Shown one piece after another: positions 50,801 through 58,750 of a DNA stretch of 64,000 nt. The DNA lies in NCBI GenBank assembly GCA_964035545.1, contig OZ037770.1, positions 12,576,642 to 12,640,641 of the forward strand. Reading direction: 5' to 3'. The position numbers were made by a program, and so were the translations under genes. The notes under the pieces were generated by a model that worked only from the letters and a program-made list of their open reading frames with translations, was not told where the DNA came from and searched no databases. Within the stretch, counting starts at the first letter, position 1. Every line of letters begins with the position of its first letter. The stretch comes from Bugula neritina (Eukaryota > Animalia > Bryozoa).

Positions 50801-53800
50801 GGCGGCGTAGTGGCTCAGGCCGGTCACCACTAGCATACTCCTCTGGATACGGAGCAGGAAGTGTTCTATCCCGTACCCTGGTTGTGGCGGGTCGAGTGTA
50901 ATCTGAAAAAGTTTCAACAGTGTTAATACAGTACACTGCCGTGTTGTCAGCTTGAATAGCTTGGCAACTCCTAATTCAGTTACCTCGTAGAGATTTATGG
51001 TAGTGAATAGTCAGATAGAACACGTATTGCAATGAGATTATAAAAATCTCTAAGTCAAACTGAGTTCTTACTACGGTATTCCACTAACCTATCTCCAGCT
51101 CGATTGACTCAGTGAGTCAGAGCTGAGTGATGCAATCTAGTTTCGTATTAAGATATAGTTAACTCACCCCACGATCTGTTGTCGTAAGACATACTGAATG
51201 TGTGAAATGGTTTGAACTACTGCTTAGAAACACGTCTACTCCTGACTGCATCAGCGTATGAAAAGATCGAGCAACGTGGTTGGGGTGCGTGATTAAGACT
51301 TTGTGCACCCGGCGGATGAATTTTGTTTCTATCTCCGCCGATACAAAAGTTGATATTTCCGTGGTGTTGACAACTCCCACATTTGCTCGATACTTTTCTC
51401 GTACGGTTTTCCCCTAGACTTTCATACACGCCGCTTTTAACGCAGTCGCATATGAAGTCCTTCAAGTATGCGGGGGGTTGCCTCGTACGCTGTCCCCTTT
51501 CTAGGGGGGGTGACACGCTTGCCGGTTCGTTAGTAGGGGCCTCTAATGGCGTCTCTACTTCACCGCTAGCGGTCACCTCTTCTTGTTCTCCGGATGGAGC
51601 CCCTCCCTCCGTGGGGGTTTGCACTTCCGGAACCGGCTCGGTTTCTGGAAGTGATGGAATTAGACTTGGCGGTGGCGGACACGCTTCTGTTGGTAGAAGC
51701 TGCCGCTCCTCTCTCACCAAGTTTTCTTCCCGCGGTATGACCACTTCGTATTCAGGTCCATGCCGCCGTCGCCCGCGCGTTGTTGTCTGCCTCCTGGGCT
51801 CTAACAACGGGGGGGCTTCTCCCACTCCGCCGGGGCTAGCCCAATACAGTTTCAAGCGAGACTCATTCTGGATAGACACCTGTCCTGAGCGCTCAATCTT
51901 GTACGTATGATTGGGCATAGCCTCGACGACCACGTAGGGGCCTACGAACTTAGGCTTCAGCTTATCAGCCTGTCCGTGGCGCCTACGGTAATTGACCATC
52001 CACACCTTATCTCCCCTTTGATAGAGAGGTGGTTCATCGGAATCTTCGTGCCGCACCTTCCACTGCTGTTGGCGCAGTATATCGTGTGCGGCCTTCATCC
52101 GTTCCACTAGTTCACTGGCATACTCATGGACTGAGTTATCTTGCTCTGGAACGTGATAGGTGAGATGGTCAGGGACACGAGTCTCTCTCCCGAGCATCAA
52201 GAGGTTTGGAGTCTCACCAGTACTGGTGTGTGGGGTGCTGCGGTATGCACGCATGACTTGCGGCAACACCGTATCCCATTCCTCTTGACCTCGTCCAAGG
52301 AGGAGACTCCGGAGCGCATCACCTAGCATCCGGTTGTTGCGCTCCACCACCCCGTTACCTTGAGGGTGGTAGGGGGTGGTCCTGCTCTGATTTACTCCCC
52401 AGAGGCGGCAAAGGTCGCTCATCAGTTGAGACTGGAATTGAGCGCCTTGATCAGAGTGTATCTGTTCGGGAAGCCCAAAATAACAGAATACATGTTGGTC
52501 TAGTGCCCTGGCCACTGTTGGGGCTGATGCATCTGGGATAGCCAGAGCATCCGCCCACCTAGTAAAGTGGTCGGTTAGTACTAGGATCCAATTGTTGCCT
52601 CTGGGGGTCAGGGGCATGGGTCCGACCAGGTCTACAGCGACTACTTGCCAGGGCCTACCAGCGTATAGCCTCCGCCGTCCTGCTTCACCAGGGGGGCGGC
52701 TATGCTTACTGGCCTGGCAGATCTCACACTGTTTGACTCTGAGCCGGACATCACGCTCCATTTGTGGCCAATACCACCGAAGTCGTAATTTGGACATCAC
52801 TCGCTTGACCCCTGCGTGGGCCTGTTTGTGAGTATCCCAAATCAACTCACGGCGGATGGCTGTGGGGCAGACTACCCTCTTCCTTTCCGGGTGTCTGCCG
52901 CTGGCAGCTAGAGAGATGGTTAGCAACCCATCCTGCCCGATCCGCAGCGAGTCCCAACGCTGACAGTATAGCCGGAATTCGGCGCATCCCTGTCGTAGGC
53001 GTTCCTCGCTGGGTCGTCGCCCTTCCCTTTTGGCCCGGTATATGTCTGCCACGACTCCAGGCAGCTCCTCTTGGAGCTTTTTCAGCTCTCGAACATTACC
53101 GGCCAGTACAGGGTTGGCGCGGAGGTTTTGTACATCCTCCGGGGACTCATCAACTCTTTGCCTGAGTTGACCTTGATCCCAGTCAAACGGTGCTCCGTGG
53201 TGAGCCAGCGTCTCCAACTCGCATCGCGGGGGACCTCCATCCCTCCTCTCGATGTTGAGACACTGTTTGCAACCTCCGTCAGGTCGGCGACTCAACCCAT
53301 CCGCATTGCTGTGTCTCTTGCCCGGTCGATGTTCGATCCGGTATGAGAATTCAGCTAGGATTTCGAGCCACCGGGCGACCTGACTAGAGGGCTCTGCTCT
53401 CCTGCACAACCAGATCAGCGAGGCATGATCCGTACGCAGCCGGAACTTCCTGCCATATAGGTATGGTCTGAAGTGCTTCACTGACTTGATTACTGCCAGC
53501 AGCTCCTTGCGGGTAGTGCAGTAATTTCGTTCAGCGGGTGAGAGAGACTTGCTGTAGTAGGCTACTACTACCTCTCGGCCTTCCTGCACTTGTGACAGCA
53601 CAGCGCCAACATTTTGGTCACTGGCGTCCGTGTCTAGGATGTACTCCAGAGTGGGGTCTGGGTAGGCCAAGATGGGCGCCGTTAGTAGGCAGCCCTTGAG
53701 GCGGTCGAACGCTTCTTGTTCGACTGGAGTCCACTGCCACGTCACTCCCTTTGCGGTGAGCCGGTTTAACGGCTGGGCTATGCCCGCAAAGTCTGGTATG

Positions 53801-56800
53801 TATTGCCTGTAATACCCTACCAGCCCCAAGAAAGCCCGGAGTCCGGTCAAGTCTTGGGGGGTGACCCAGTCTTCTACTGCCCGTACCTTTTCGGGATCCG
53901 TTGCCACGCCGTTTCGACCGACAACGTGCCCCAGGTACTTGACCTCCGGCTGCAATAGAGCGCACTTGGAAGGTTTGAGCTTAAGACCGGCACCTCGGAG
54001 TCTCTCGAAAACCTCCTGCAGACGACTGACATGTGTCTCGAAGTCTGGAGAGATTACGATGACATCATCGAGGTAGACCAGCAGTGTCTTCCAATGGAGT
54101 CCGCTAAGGACTTGTTCCATCAGCCTCTGGAAGGTGGCTGGGGCGGAGGTTAACCCGAAGGGCAGCACCTTCCACTTCCACAAACCGTCCCTTGTGATAA
54201 ACGCCGCTTTCTCTTGGGCGTCGGGACTCAGAGGAACCTGCCAATAGCCGCTTAACAAGTCTAACGTACTGAAGTACTTGCTGCCGGCTAGGGCGTCCAA
54301 TGACTCGTCAATACGAGGTAGAGGGTAGGCGTCCTGTATGGTTACGCTATTGAGTTTGCGGTAGTCCACACAGAACCGCCAACTGCCGTCTTTCTTCCGG
54401 ACCAGTACGACTGGCGAGCTCCACGCACTGTGGGCGGGCTCTATCAGTCCCCGGTCCAAAAGATCCCGTACTTGTCGGCTAACCTCCTTCTCTTTCTCCG
54501 GCCCCAGCCTGCGTGTGGGCTGCCGGACAGGGACTGTCCCTGCAGTCAGCGGTATTTCGTGTCTGACAATTCCAGTCAGTCCCACGTCATGCTCTCCGCT
54601 GCTGAACACATCACCGTAGTCGCGTAGTAACTTAGCCATAACTTGGCGTTCTCTGTTACTCGCGCAGCCGCCACTGGCTGTTTCGTATAACTCCCGGAGA
54701 TGTGTTGGGACTGCCCCTCGTCCCTGAATAGGGCACTGAGGGAGTGCCTCTGTCGCATCACCCAGCGACGGGCCTACGTCTCCCTCCTGAACAGAGTGAA
54801 AACGGCCCAGCATCGACCCAGCCGGGAGCTTGATAGGCTCGGTAAAGGGGTTGACGCACTGCACTAAGATCTCCCCTTGCTCAGTCAGCTGATTCAGACT
54901 GCTGGCAAGTTGGATCTTTTCGTGCGCGCCTTCAACCACACCGAGTCCAGAGATCCGGCTACTATTCACCCTGCAGTGAATGGTAGCCCGGGAGCGGCCT
55001 GGTATGATACGGTTGCGTACCACTTGCACACCTCCCACTAAAGGGCGGCCGAACTTGTCGACGCAGGCGAGTTCCCGCCCGGACATCATCATTGCAGATC
55101 TGCTAAAATCTATGTGACATCCGTGCCGTTTAAGGAACGGCATCCCGAGGATAGCATCCTCCTTGAGCTGACTGACGATGAACGTCTCTTGGATCGTTTG
55201 ATCACGGACTCGTCCCGTCAGCTCAATTATACCATAGAAGGGAAGGCACGACCCGTCAGCTAGGGTGCCATATTCCCCTTCGTATGCTTCCATCTCGCCC
55301 CTGACCCTAGCACTGAGGGTGTCGAAGAGTTGGCGGCTTAAGAGGTTTGTGGTACAGCCCGAATCAATGAGGAAAGTGACAGCTTTGCCTTCCAGTTTGC
55401 CGGGCAAGAAATAGCTGTTCCCATGGGGCTGCACCTGAACTCTCTCTTCAGGCCTTACTCTCGCAGGGAGTACCTCCCTCGCTTTGGGTCGCGAAGGAGG
55501 TCTCTTGGGGCGGTGGTAGGTAGGCCTCGGGGGTGCCGAGGCTAGATTCTCAGCTACCTTTGTGGGCTCCCATCCAGATTCTTGGACTTGTAGCCCTGTG
55601 AATCTGTTGTGAAAGGGCATAGAAAAGGCAGCCGCGGGGCGAAGCCCCTTGCTGGTCCGTCGTGGCTGTTGCCACTGTTGGTTGCCAGTACGCGGTACCC
55701 GTCTGGGTGACCTGCGTTTCTTCTTCCCTGGGGGTTTCATCGTCGGTCCGCGGAAGGTGGGAACATCTGCGGGCCGCGGTAGTTTAACCCCTGATTTAGG
55801 AAGGGACAGTATCGGCGGAAATGTCCTTGATTTCCGCACTCCCAGCAAAAACTGACTGTTTCTCCCTGTGGCGGCGCCGGTGGCCGCATGGGCTCAGGGG
55901 CGGTACTCACTGGGGTTTGTGGTGTCAGTGTTGCTATCAGCTTGGCTAGCATGTCTGTCAGCTGAGTGACTTTTGATGCCGTTGCCAACTGGGACACGGC
56001 AGCCGCGGCGGGGGTTTCCTCCCCTTGTCCCGCGGCCGTGTCTGCGCGGTCTATCTCCACTTGACGGGAGCTCCCGCGACTTTTATGCATTTGATTAGCT
56101 AGGAGGTAAGCTTCCCCCTCAGTCAGAGCATCTTCAACGGTGGTGACTCCCCTAGCTAAAAACTGGTGGTGGAGACCCAGATCGTCGACAGATGCTATGA
56201 AAGCGTCGAGGGTATACCTCTCGCGGTTGACTGGGGGCAAGTCGCTGTACGCGATCTGTGCCAGCTTCATGACCGCGGCGGCGTGCTCCCGCAGCGGGGT
56301 GCGGGGATCACGCCGCAACCTCTGCAATCGGGCCTTGGCATCTGTAGCAGAGAGGCCGAAGCGGGCCCGCAGAGAAGCAAAGATATTATCAATGTCTACG
56401 CCCAGCCCATAAGGCTTGGCTTTGTCCATCAATGCCATTCTAAGCTTCAGCAAGGCCACCCTAGGGGGCCACTGGGCGACGTCCATTACGTCGCTAAACT
56501 CTTGGATAAATTGTTCCACCTCCTCTTCACCCGTGAAGGTGGGCGCCTTTAACCTGTAGCGGTCCTCAGCTAGTTCTCGCGGAACCCTTCGCTCTTCTAC
56601 TACATGGTTAACAGGCATTGTCTCTACAGCATTGTCTCTACGCTCACCTTCGATTGCCGGTGGTTGAGTTCCAGCATTTTCAGTCTCCATCTTGGATGCA
56701 CTATCCCACCGCTGCCACCACTGTTATAATTTTCAGATTTAGGGTTGATGTGCTATCCAGAGAGTCTATTTATTTACTATAGAACTGCACCAGGATAAGT

Positions 56801-57552
56801 CGAGTGAACGAGTATATTTTACACACAATTATACATTATAAAACGATACATTATTTCCAAACAAGTTACACATCTAATCTATTTCACACTCTAGCTTCGA
56901 CTGACTTAGCAGCGGGAAACTACAATTGCTGCTAACTATCAACTACGCTAATTGGCTATCCATTGTTCCGGGTCAATTACGCGACCCTACATGTCGTGCT
57001 GCTGGTAGTTCCACGAACCGCCACAATAACTCACCTGCTGATGCTGTTCACACAACTTCTTCTCACTCTCTACACAGAAAACTACAGCTTCTGTTCCATC
57101 TTCACAAACATCACAGGGAATGGGCAGAGGTTTAGGTGGAGATCTATATTCTATTGGATCACCAAACTTAGTTACAGGTAAAGTTGTGGGATTTGTGATG
57201 TCATAGAATTCTTCTCTAAAATATAGTATTAGTCAGTGTGCTACAAATAATGAGATGACTAGTAACATACAACTTTTATCAAAATTACATAAATACAGGT
57301 ATGACAATTTCAAAATAACTACAATCACTATGAGAGTTAAAGAAAAATACTATTTGTTACTGTAACTCACCCACAATATGCACATTTGATATGAGTTTTC
57401 CTGTAGCCGATATCCGTCTTTAAACACCTCATACAGTAGACATGCAGACAGGGGAGGGTTCTTGGATCTTCTAATTTGTTAAACTGCTGGTTGCAGTATC
57501 CACATCTGTATGAGTCATTTACTCTTCTTTTTACAACTCTAGAGTCAGCCAT
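44833..57552 (-). CDS. TRIM-type E3 ligase: RING, B-box1, B-box2, coiled coil, NHL-like beta-propeller; about 628 aa, 7 coding exons; possibly a disrupted allele or decaying paralog
   Basis: Exons 57371-57552 (RING CGYC..PRTLPCLHVYCMRC..CAYC), 57035-57215 (B-box1), 48044-48245 (B-box2 CEHH..CSEC..CIRC), 47662-47867, 46825-47104 (coiled coil), 45757-46455 (or from 46497 with an in-frame TAG; propeller), 44833-44969. All phases agree. AATAAA about 30 nt after the stop. Intron 2 holds a Gypsy and a DNA transposon. Confidence 0.82.
48324..49455. mobile_element. Non-autonomous DNA transposon, PIF/Harbinger-ISL2EU-like, about 1.13 kb
   Basis: AT|AGCTTATTCACA ... TGTGAATAAGCT|AT. Subterminal CGACGAAT/ATTCGTC repeats at both ends. 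No ORF. Confidence 0.65.
49526..49829 (-). repeat. 3' LTR
   Basis: Identical to 56722-57025 except 49824 A versus 57020 G. Confidence 0.97.
49830..49841 (-). other. Polypurine tract (G-rich, TGGTGGGGGCGG)
   Basis: Immediately upstream of the 3' LTR on the - strand. Confidence 0.7.
50115..51192 (-). CDS. Gypsy ORF3: spliced accessory protein (about 270 aa) with C2H2 and C2HC zinc fingers, an R/S/P-rich basic tract and a C-terminal coiled coil
   Basis: Main exon 50115-50902 follows the acceptor ACTTTTTCAG. Candidate first coding exon 51168-51192 (MSYDNRSW, donor GTGAGT, phase 1), or the gag donor at 56648 (phase 1). Motifs CQIC-x12-HVNAH, CPC-x12-H-x4-C, KRRTRSPSPPLRRRRTPSP, LATVEERLLRLQEEFTQL. 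Confidence 0.75.
51217..55788 (-). CDS. pol: Gypsy Pol polyprotein (protease, RT, RNase H, integrase with GPY/F), probably made as Gag-Pol by -1 frameshift
   Basis: Protease LIDSG. RT RFCVDYRKLN, LPFGL, YLDD. RNase H TDAS, ELLA, TDH. Integrase HKQAH..CEIC with D(AVDLVG)-D(HSDQG)-E(VERNN), and KPKFVGPY. Open frame of 1543 codons (to 55848) overlapping the gag end in the -1 frame. Confidence 0.95.
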   Translation of the reverse strand, partial: VKLPRPADVPTFRGPTMKPPGKKKRRSPRRVPRTGNQQWQQPRRTSKGLRPAAAFSMPFHNRFTGLQVQESGWEPTKVAENLASAPPRPTYHRPKRPPSRPKAREVLPARVRPEERVQVQPHGNSYFLPGKLEGKAVTFLIDSGCTTNLLSRQLFDTLSARVRGEMEAYEGEYGTLADGSCLPFYGIIELTGRVRDQTIQETFIVSQLKEDAILGMPFLKRHGCHIDFSRSAMMMSGRELACVDKFGRPLVGGVQVVRNRIIPGRSRATIHCRVNSSRISGLGVVEGAHEKIQLASSLNQLTEQGEILVQCVNPFTEPIKLPAGSMLGRFHSVQEGDVGPSLGDATEALPQCPIQGRGAVPTHLRELYETASGGCASNRERQVMAKLLRDYGDVFSSGEHDVGLTGIVRHEIPLTAGTVPVRQPTRRLGPEKEKEVSRQVRDLLDRGLIEPAHSAWSSPVVLVRKKDGSWRFCVDYRKLNSVTIQDAYPLPRIDESLDALAGSKYFSTLDLLSGYWQVPLSPDAQEKAAFITRDGLWKWKVLPFGLTSAPATFQRLMEQVLSGLHWKTLLVYLDDVIVISPDFETHVSRLQEVFERLRGAGLKLKPSKCALLQPEVKYLGHVVGRNGVATDPEKVRAVEDWVTPQDLTGLRAFLGLVGYYRQYIPDFAGIAQPLNRLTAKGVTWQWTPVEQEAFDRLKGCLLTAPILAYPDPTLEYILDTDASDQNVGAVLSQVQEGREVVVAYYSKSLSPAERNYCTTRKELLAVIKSVKHFRPYLYGRKFRLRTDHASLIWLCRRAEPSSQVARWLEILAEFSYRIEHRPGKRHSNADGLSRRPDGGCKQCLNIERRDGGPPRCELETLAHHGAPFDWDQGQLRQRVDESPEDVQNLRANPVLAGNVRELKKLQEELPGVVADIYRAKREGRRPSEERLRQGCAEFRLYCQRWDSLRIGQDGLLTISLAASGRHPERKRVVCPTAIRRELIWDTHKQAHAGVKRVMSKLRLRWYWPQMERDVRLRVKQCEICQASKHSRPPGEAGRRRLYAGRPWQVVAVDLVGPMPLTPRGNNWILVLTDHFTRWADALAIPDASAPTVARALDQHVFCYFGLPEQIHSDQGAQFQSQLMSDLCRLWGVNQSRTTPYHPQGNGVVERNNRMLGDALRSLLLGRGQEEWDTVLPQVMRAYRSTPHTSTGETPNLLMLGRETRVPDHLTYHVPEQDNSVHEYASELVERMKAAHDILRQQQWKVRHEDSDEPPLYQRGDKVWMVNYRRRHGQADKLKPKFVGPYVVVEAMPNHTYKIERSGQVSIQNESRLKLYWASPGGVGEAPPLLEPRRQTTTRGRRRHGPEYEVVIPREENLVREERQLLPTEACPPPPSLIPSLPETEPVPEVQTPTEGGAPSGEQEEVTASGEVETPLEAPTNEPASVSPPLERGQRTRQPPAYLKDFICDCVKSGVYESLGENRTRKVSSKCGSCQHHGNINFCIGGDRNKIHPPGAQSLNHAPQPRCSIFSYADAVRSRRVSKQ
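55737..56690 (-). CDS. gag: Gypsy Gag (317 aa) with a CCHC zinc knuckle
   Basis: ATG just downstream of the PBS. Capsid-like KAPTFTG..FIQEF..W segment and knuckle CWECGNQGHFRRYC. Confidence 0.93.
   Translation of the reverse strand: METENAGTQPPAIEGERRDNAVETMPVNHVVEERRVPRELAEDRYRLKAPTFTGEEEVEQFIQEFSDVMDVAQWPPRVALLKLRMALMDKAKPYGLGVDIDNIFASLRARFGLSATDAKARLQRLRRDPRTPLREHAAAVMKLAQIAYSDLPPVNRERYTLDAFIASVDDLGLHHQFLARGVTTVEDALTEGEAYLLANQMHKSRGSSRQVEIDRADTAAGQGEETPAAAAVSQLATASKVTQLTDMLAKLIATLTPQTPVSTAPEPMRPPAPPQGETVSFCWECGNQGHFRRYCPFLNQGLNYRGPQMFPPSADRR
56703..56720 (-). other. Primer-binding site complementary to the 3' end of tRNA-Leu
   Basis: TGGTGGCAGCGGTGGGAT lies 1 nt after the 5' LTR and is the complement of the tRNA-Leu(AAG-type) 3' end ATCCCACCGCTGCCA-CCA. 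Confidence 0.9.
56722..57025 (-). repeat. 5' LTR
   Basis: TG..CA termini. Contains AATAAA on the - strand at 56769-56774. Confidence 0.97.
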
Positions 57553-57790
57553 TGTGAGTTGAAGAATTCTAGAAAGACCATTTGATATTATAATTATTTG
57601 ATAAGTGAGAAATAAGCTTAAACTAAAACTGGCCAGTCTTACTCTTACATGAAATCTGAAACCAGAACCTATTGAACAACTAATCGTCATTACATTTGTT
57701 TTGCCTTTTAGTTAGATTATTTGAAAACTTGTAAAATCAATCAAATATTTGCAGAATACATGTCAACAAAGTTCAATAAATAAACTACTA

Positions 57791-57950
57791 ACCTGATGCT
57801 TTTACTCTTAGTTCTCACGTGCTACTGACTGTAGAAAGCAGGAACTATGAAGCTGAATTAGACCTTAGACGACGAAGTATGCGTTTGTTGTGTCACGTGA
57901 CGCTTGCTAATCAATGATTTGTTGAATTATAAAATCAGTTGACCAATCAC
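57791..57950 (-). promoter_or_regulatory. Candidate promoter and non-coding first exon of the TRIM gene
   Basis: Donor CAG|GTTAGT at 57793/57792, palindromic E-box GTCACGTGAC at 57892-57901, CCAAT at about 57943. Confidence 0.45.
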
Positions 57951-58750
57951 TATAATATCACATGCGTATAGTAACTTGTGAGCCGTCTAATCACTGCCTT
58001 TATCTAAACCCAGTGCTTAGATAATTAATTGTTTTGCTATAGAAAATGGCTACCCTGTTATAGAAGACGCATTGTTTTACTTCTTTTACATGTGGCTATT
58101 GATGGGTGTTATGTTCAGGTCACGTGTTGAGTTTTAAACTAGAAAACTCACAAACTACATTTGTATGATTTTGAGCTGTTTCATAAAATACAGTGTGTCT
58201 CATAGCTGCATGTTAATGTTTCAATATGCTACAAACATTGAAGGGGTGGACTCAGGGGAAACTCAGGGGCTGACAGGACCTGAGAGTTTGAACTATACAT
58301 ATCTATCTACTGAATCTGTACTGATCTGGGCACCAGATGTGAACAGCTGGCTAGAACTTAGTATTGAGTAACTCACTCCTTTGAATACACAACTCCTTAG
58401 AATTATTATATACATAATACTAGAATTTAGGCAACTTACTCCATACTACATTTTTATTAGGGGAAATTAAACATTTTTTACACAGCCATATAATATTTCT
58501 ATAATGTGTCAGGGAGACATGTGCGCAGCATAGCGTAGTGGGCTGTCAGGTGACCCACCCTGAGTATTGAGAAAAAGTCATATAACTCTAGACTACATAT
58601 TATATATCACATGGGATTGTTTAATCTCATGCTAAATGTATTGTAAATATAAACTAAGCATTTCACTAAACAGTATTTACAGTTTAATAAACTGCAATCA
58701 GGACTCTGTATACACAGTTCAATCTAACCATGTAATAGGCTAGGCATCAT

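Larger units (their letters stand above)
49526..57025 (-). mobile_element. Intact, very recent Ty3/Gypsy LTR retrotransposon (7500 bp) with gag, pol and an extra ORF3
   Basis: 304-bp TG..CA LTRs at 56722-57025 (5') and 49526-49829 (3') with one mismatch seen. 4-bp TSD ATAA at 49522-49525 and 57026-57029. tRNA-Leu PBS and G-rich PPT present. gag and pol are uninterrupted, in PR-RT-RH-IN order. Confidence 0.97.

Noticed and set aside
50115-50936. ORF3 as an envelope (env) gene
   Set aside because: No signal peptide, fusion-peptide pattern or C-terminal transmembrane anchor. It has zinc fingers and a basic nuclear-type tract instead.
51217-51900. Chromodomain at the integrase C-terminus
   Set aside because: After GPY/F the tail is Pro/Glu-rich and low complexity, with no aromatic-cage chromodomain pattern.
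50143-56552. Multiple + strand ORFs antisense to gag, pol and ORF3 (up to 175 aa), and similar antisense ORFs over the LINE
   Set aside because: Expected shadow ORFs on the opposite strand of GC-richer coding DNA, with no recognisable motifs.
50902-57035. In-frame fusion of the host TRIM RING/B-box exons to Gypsy ORF3
   Set aside because: The TRIM exon 2 donor is phase 0 and the ORF3 acceptor needs phase 1. Neither the direct splice nor the route through the micro-exon keeps the ORF3 frame.
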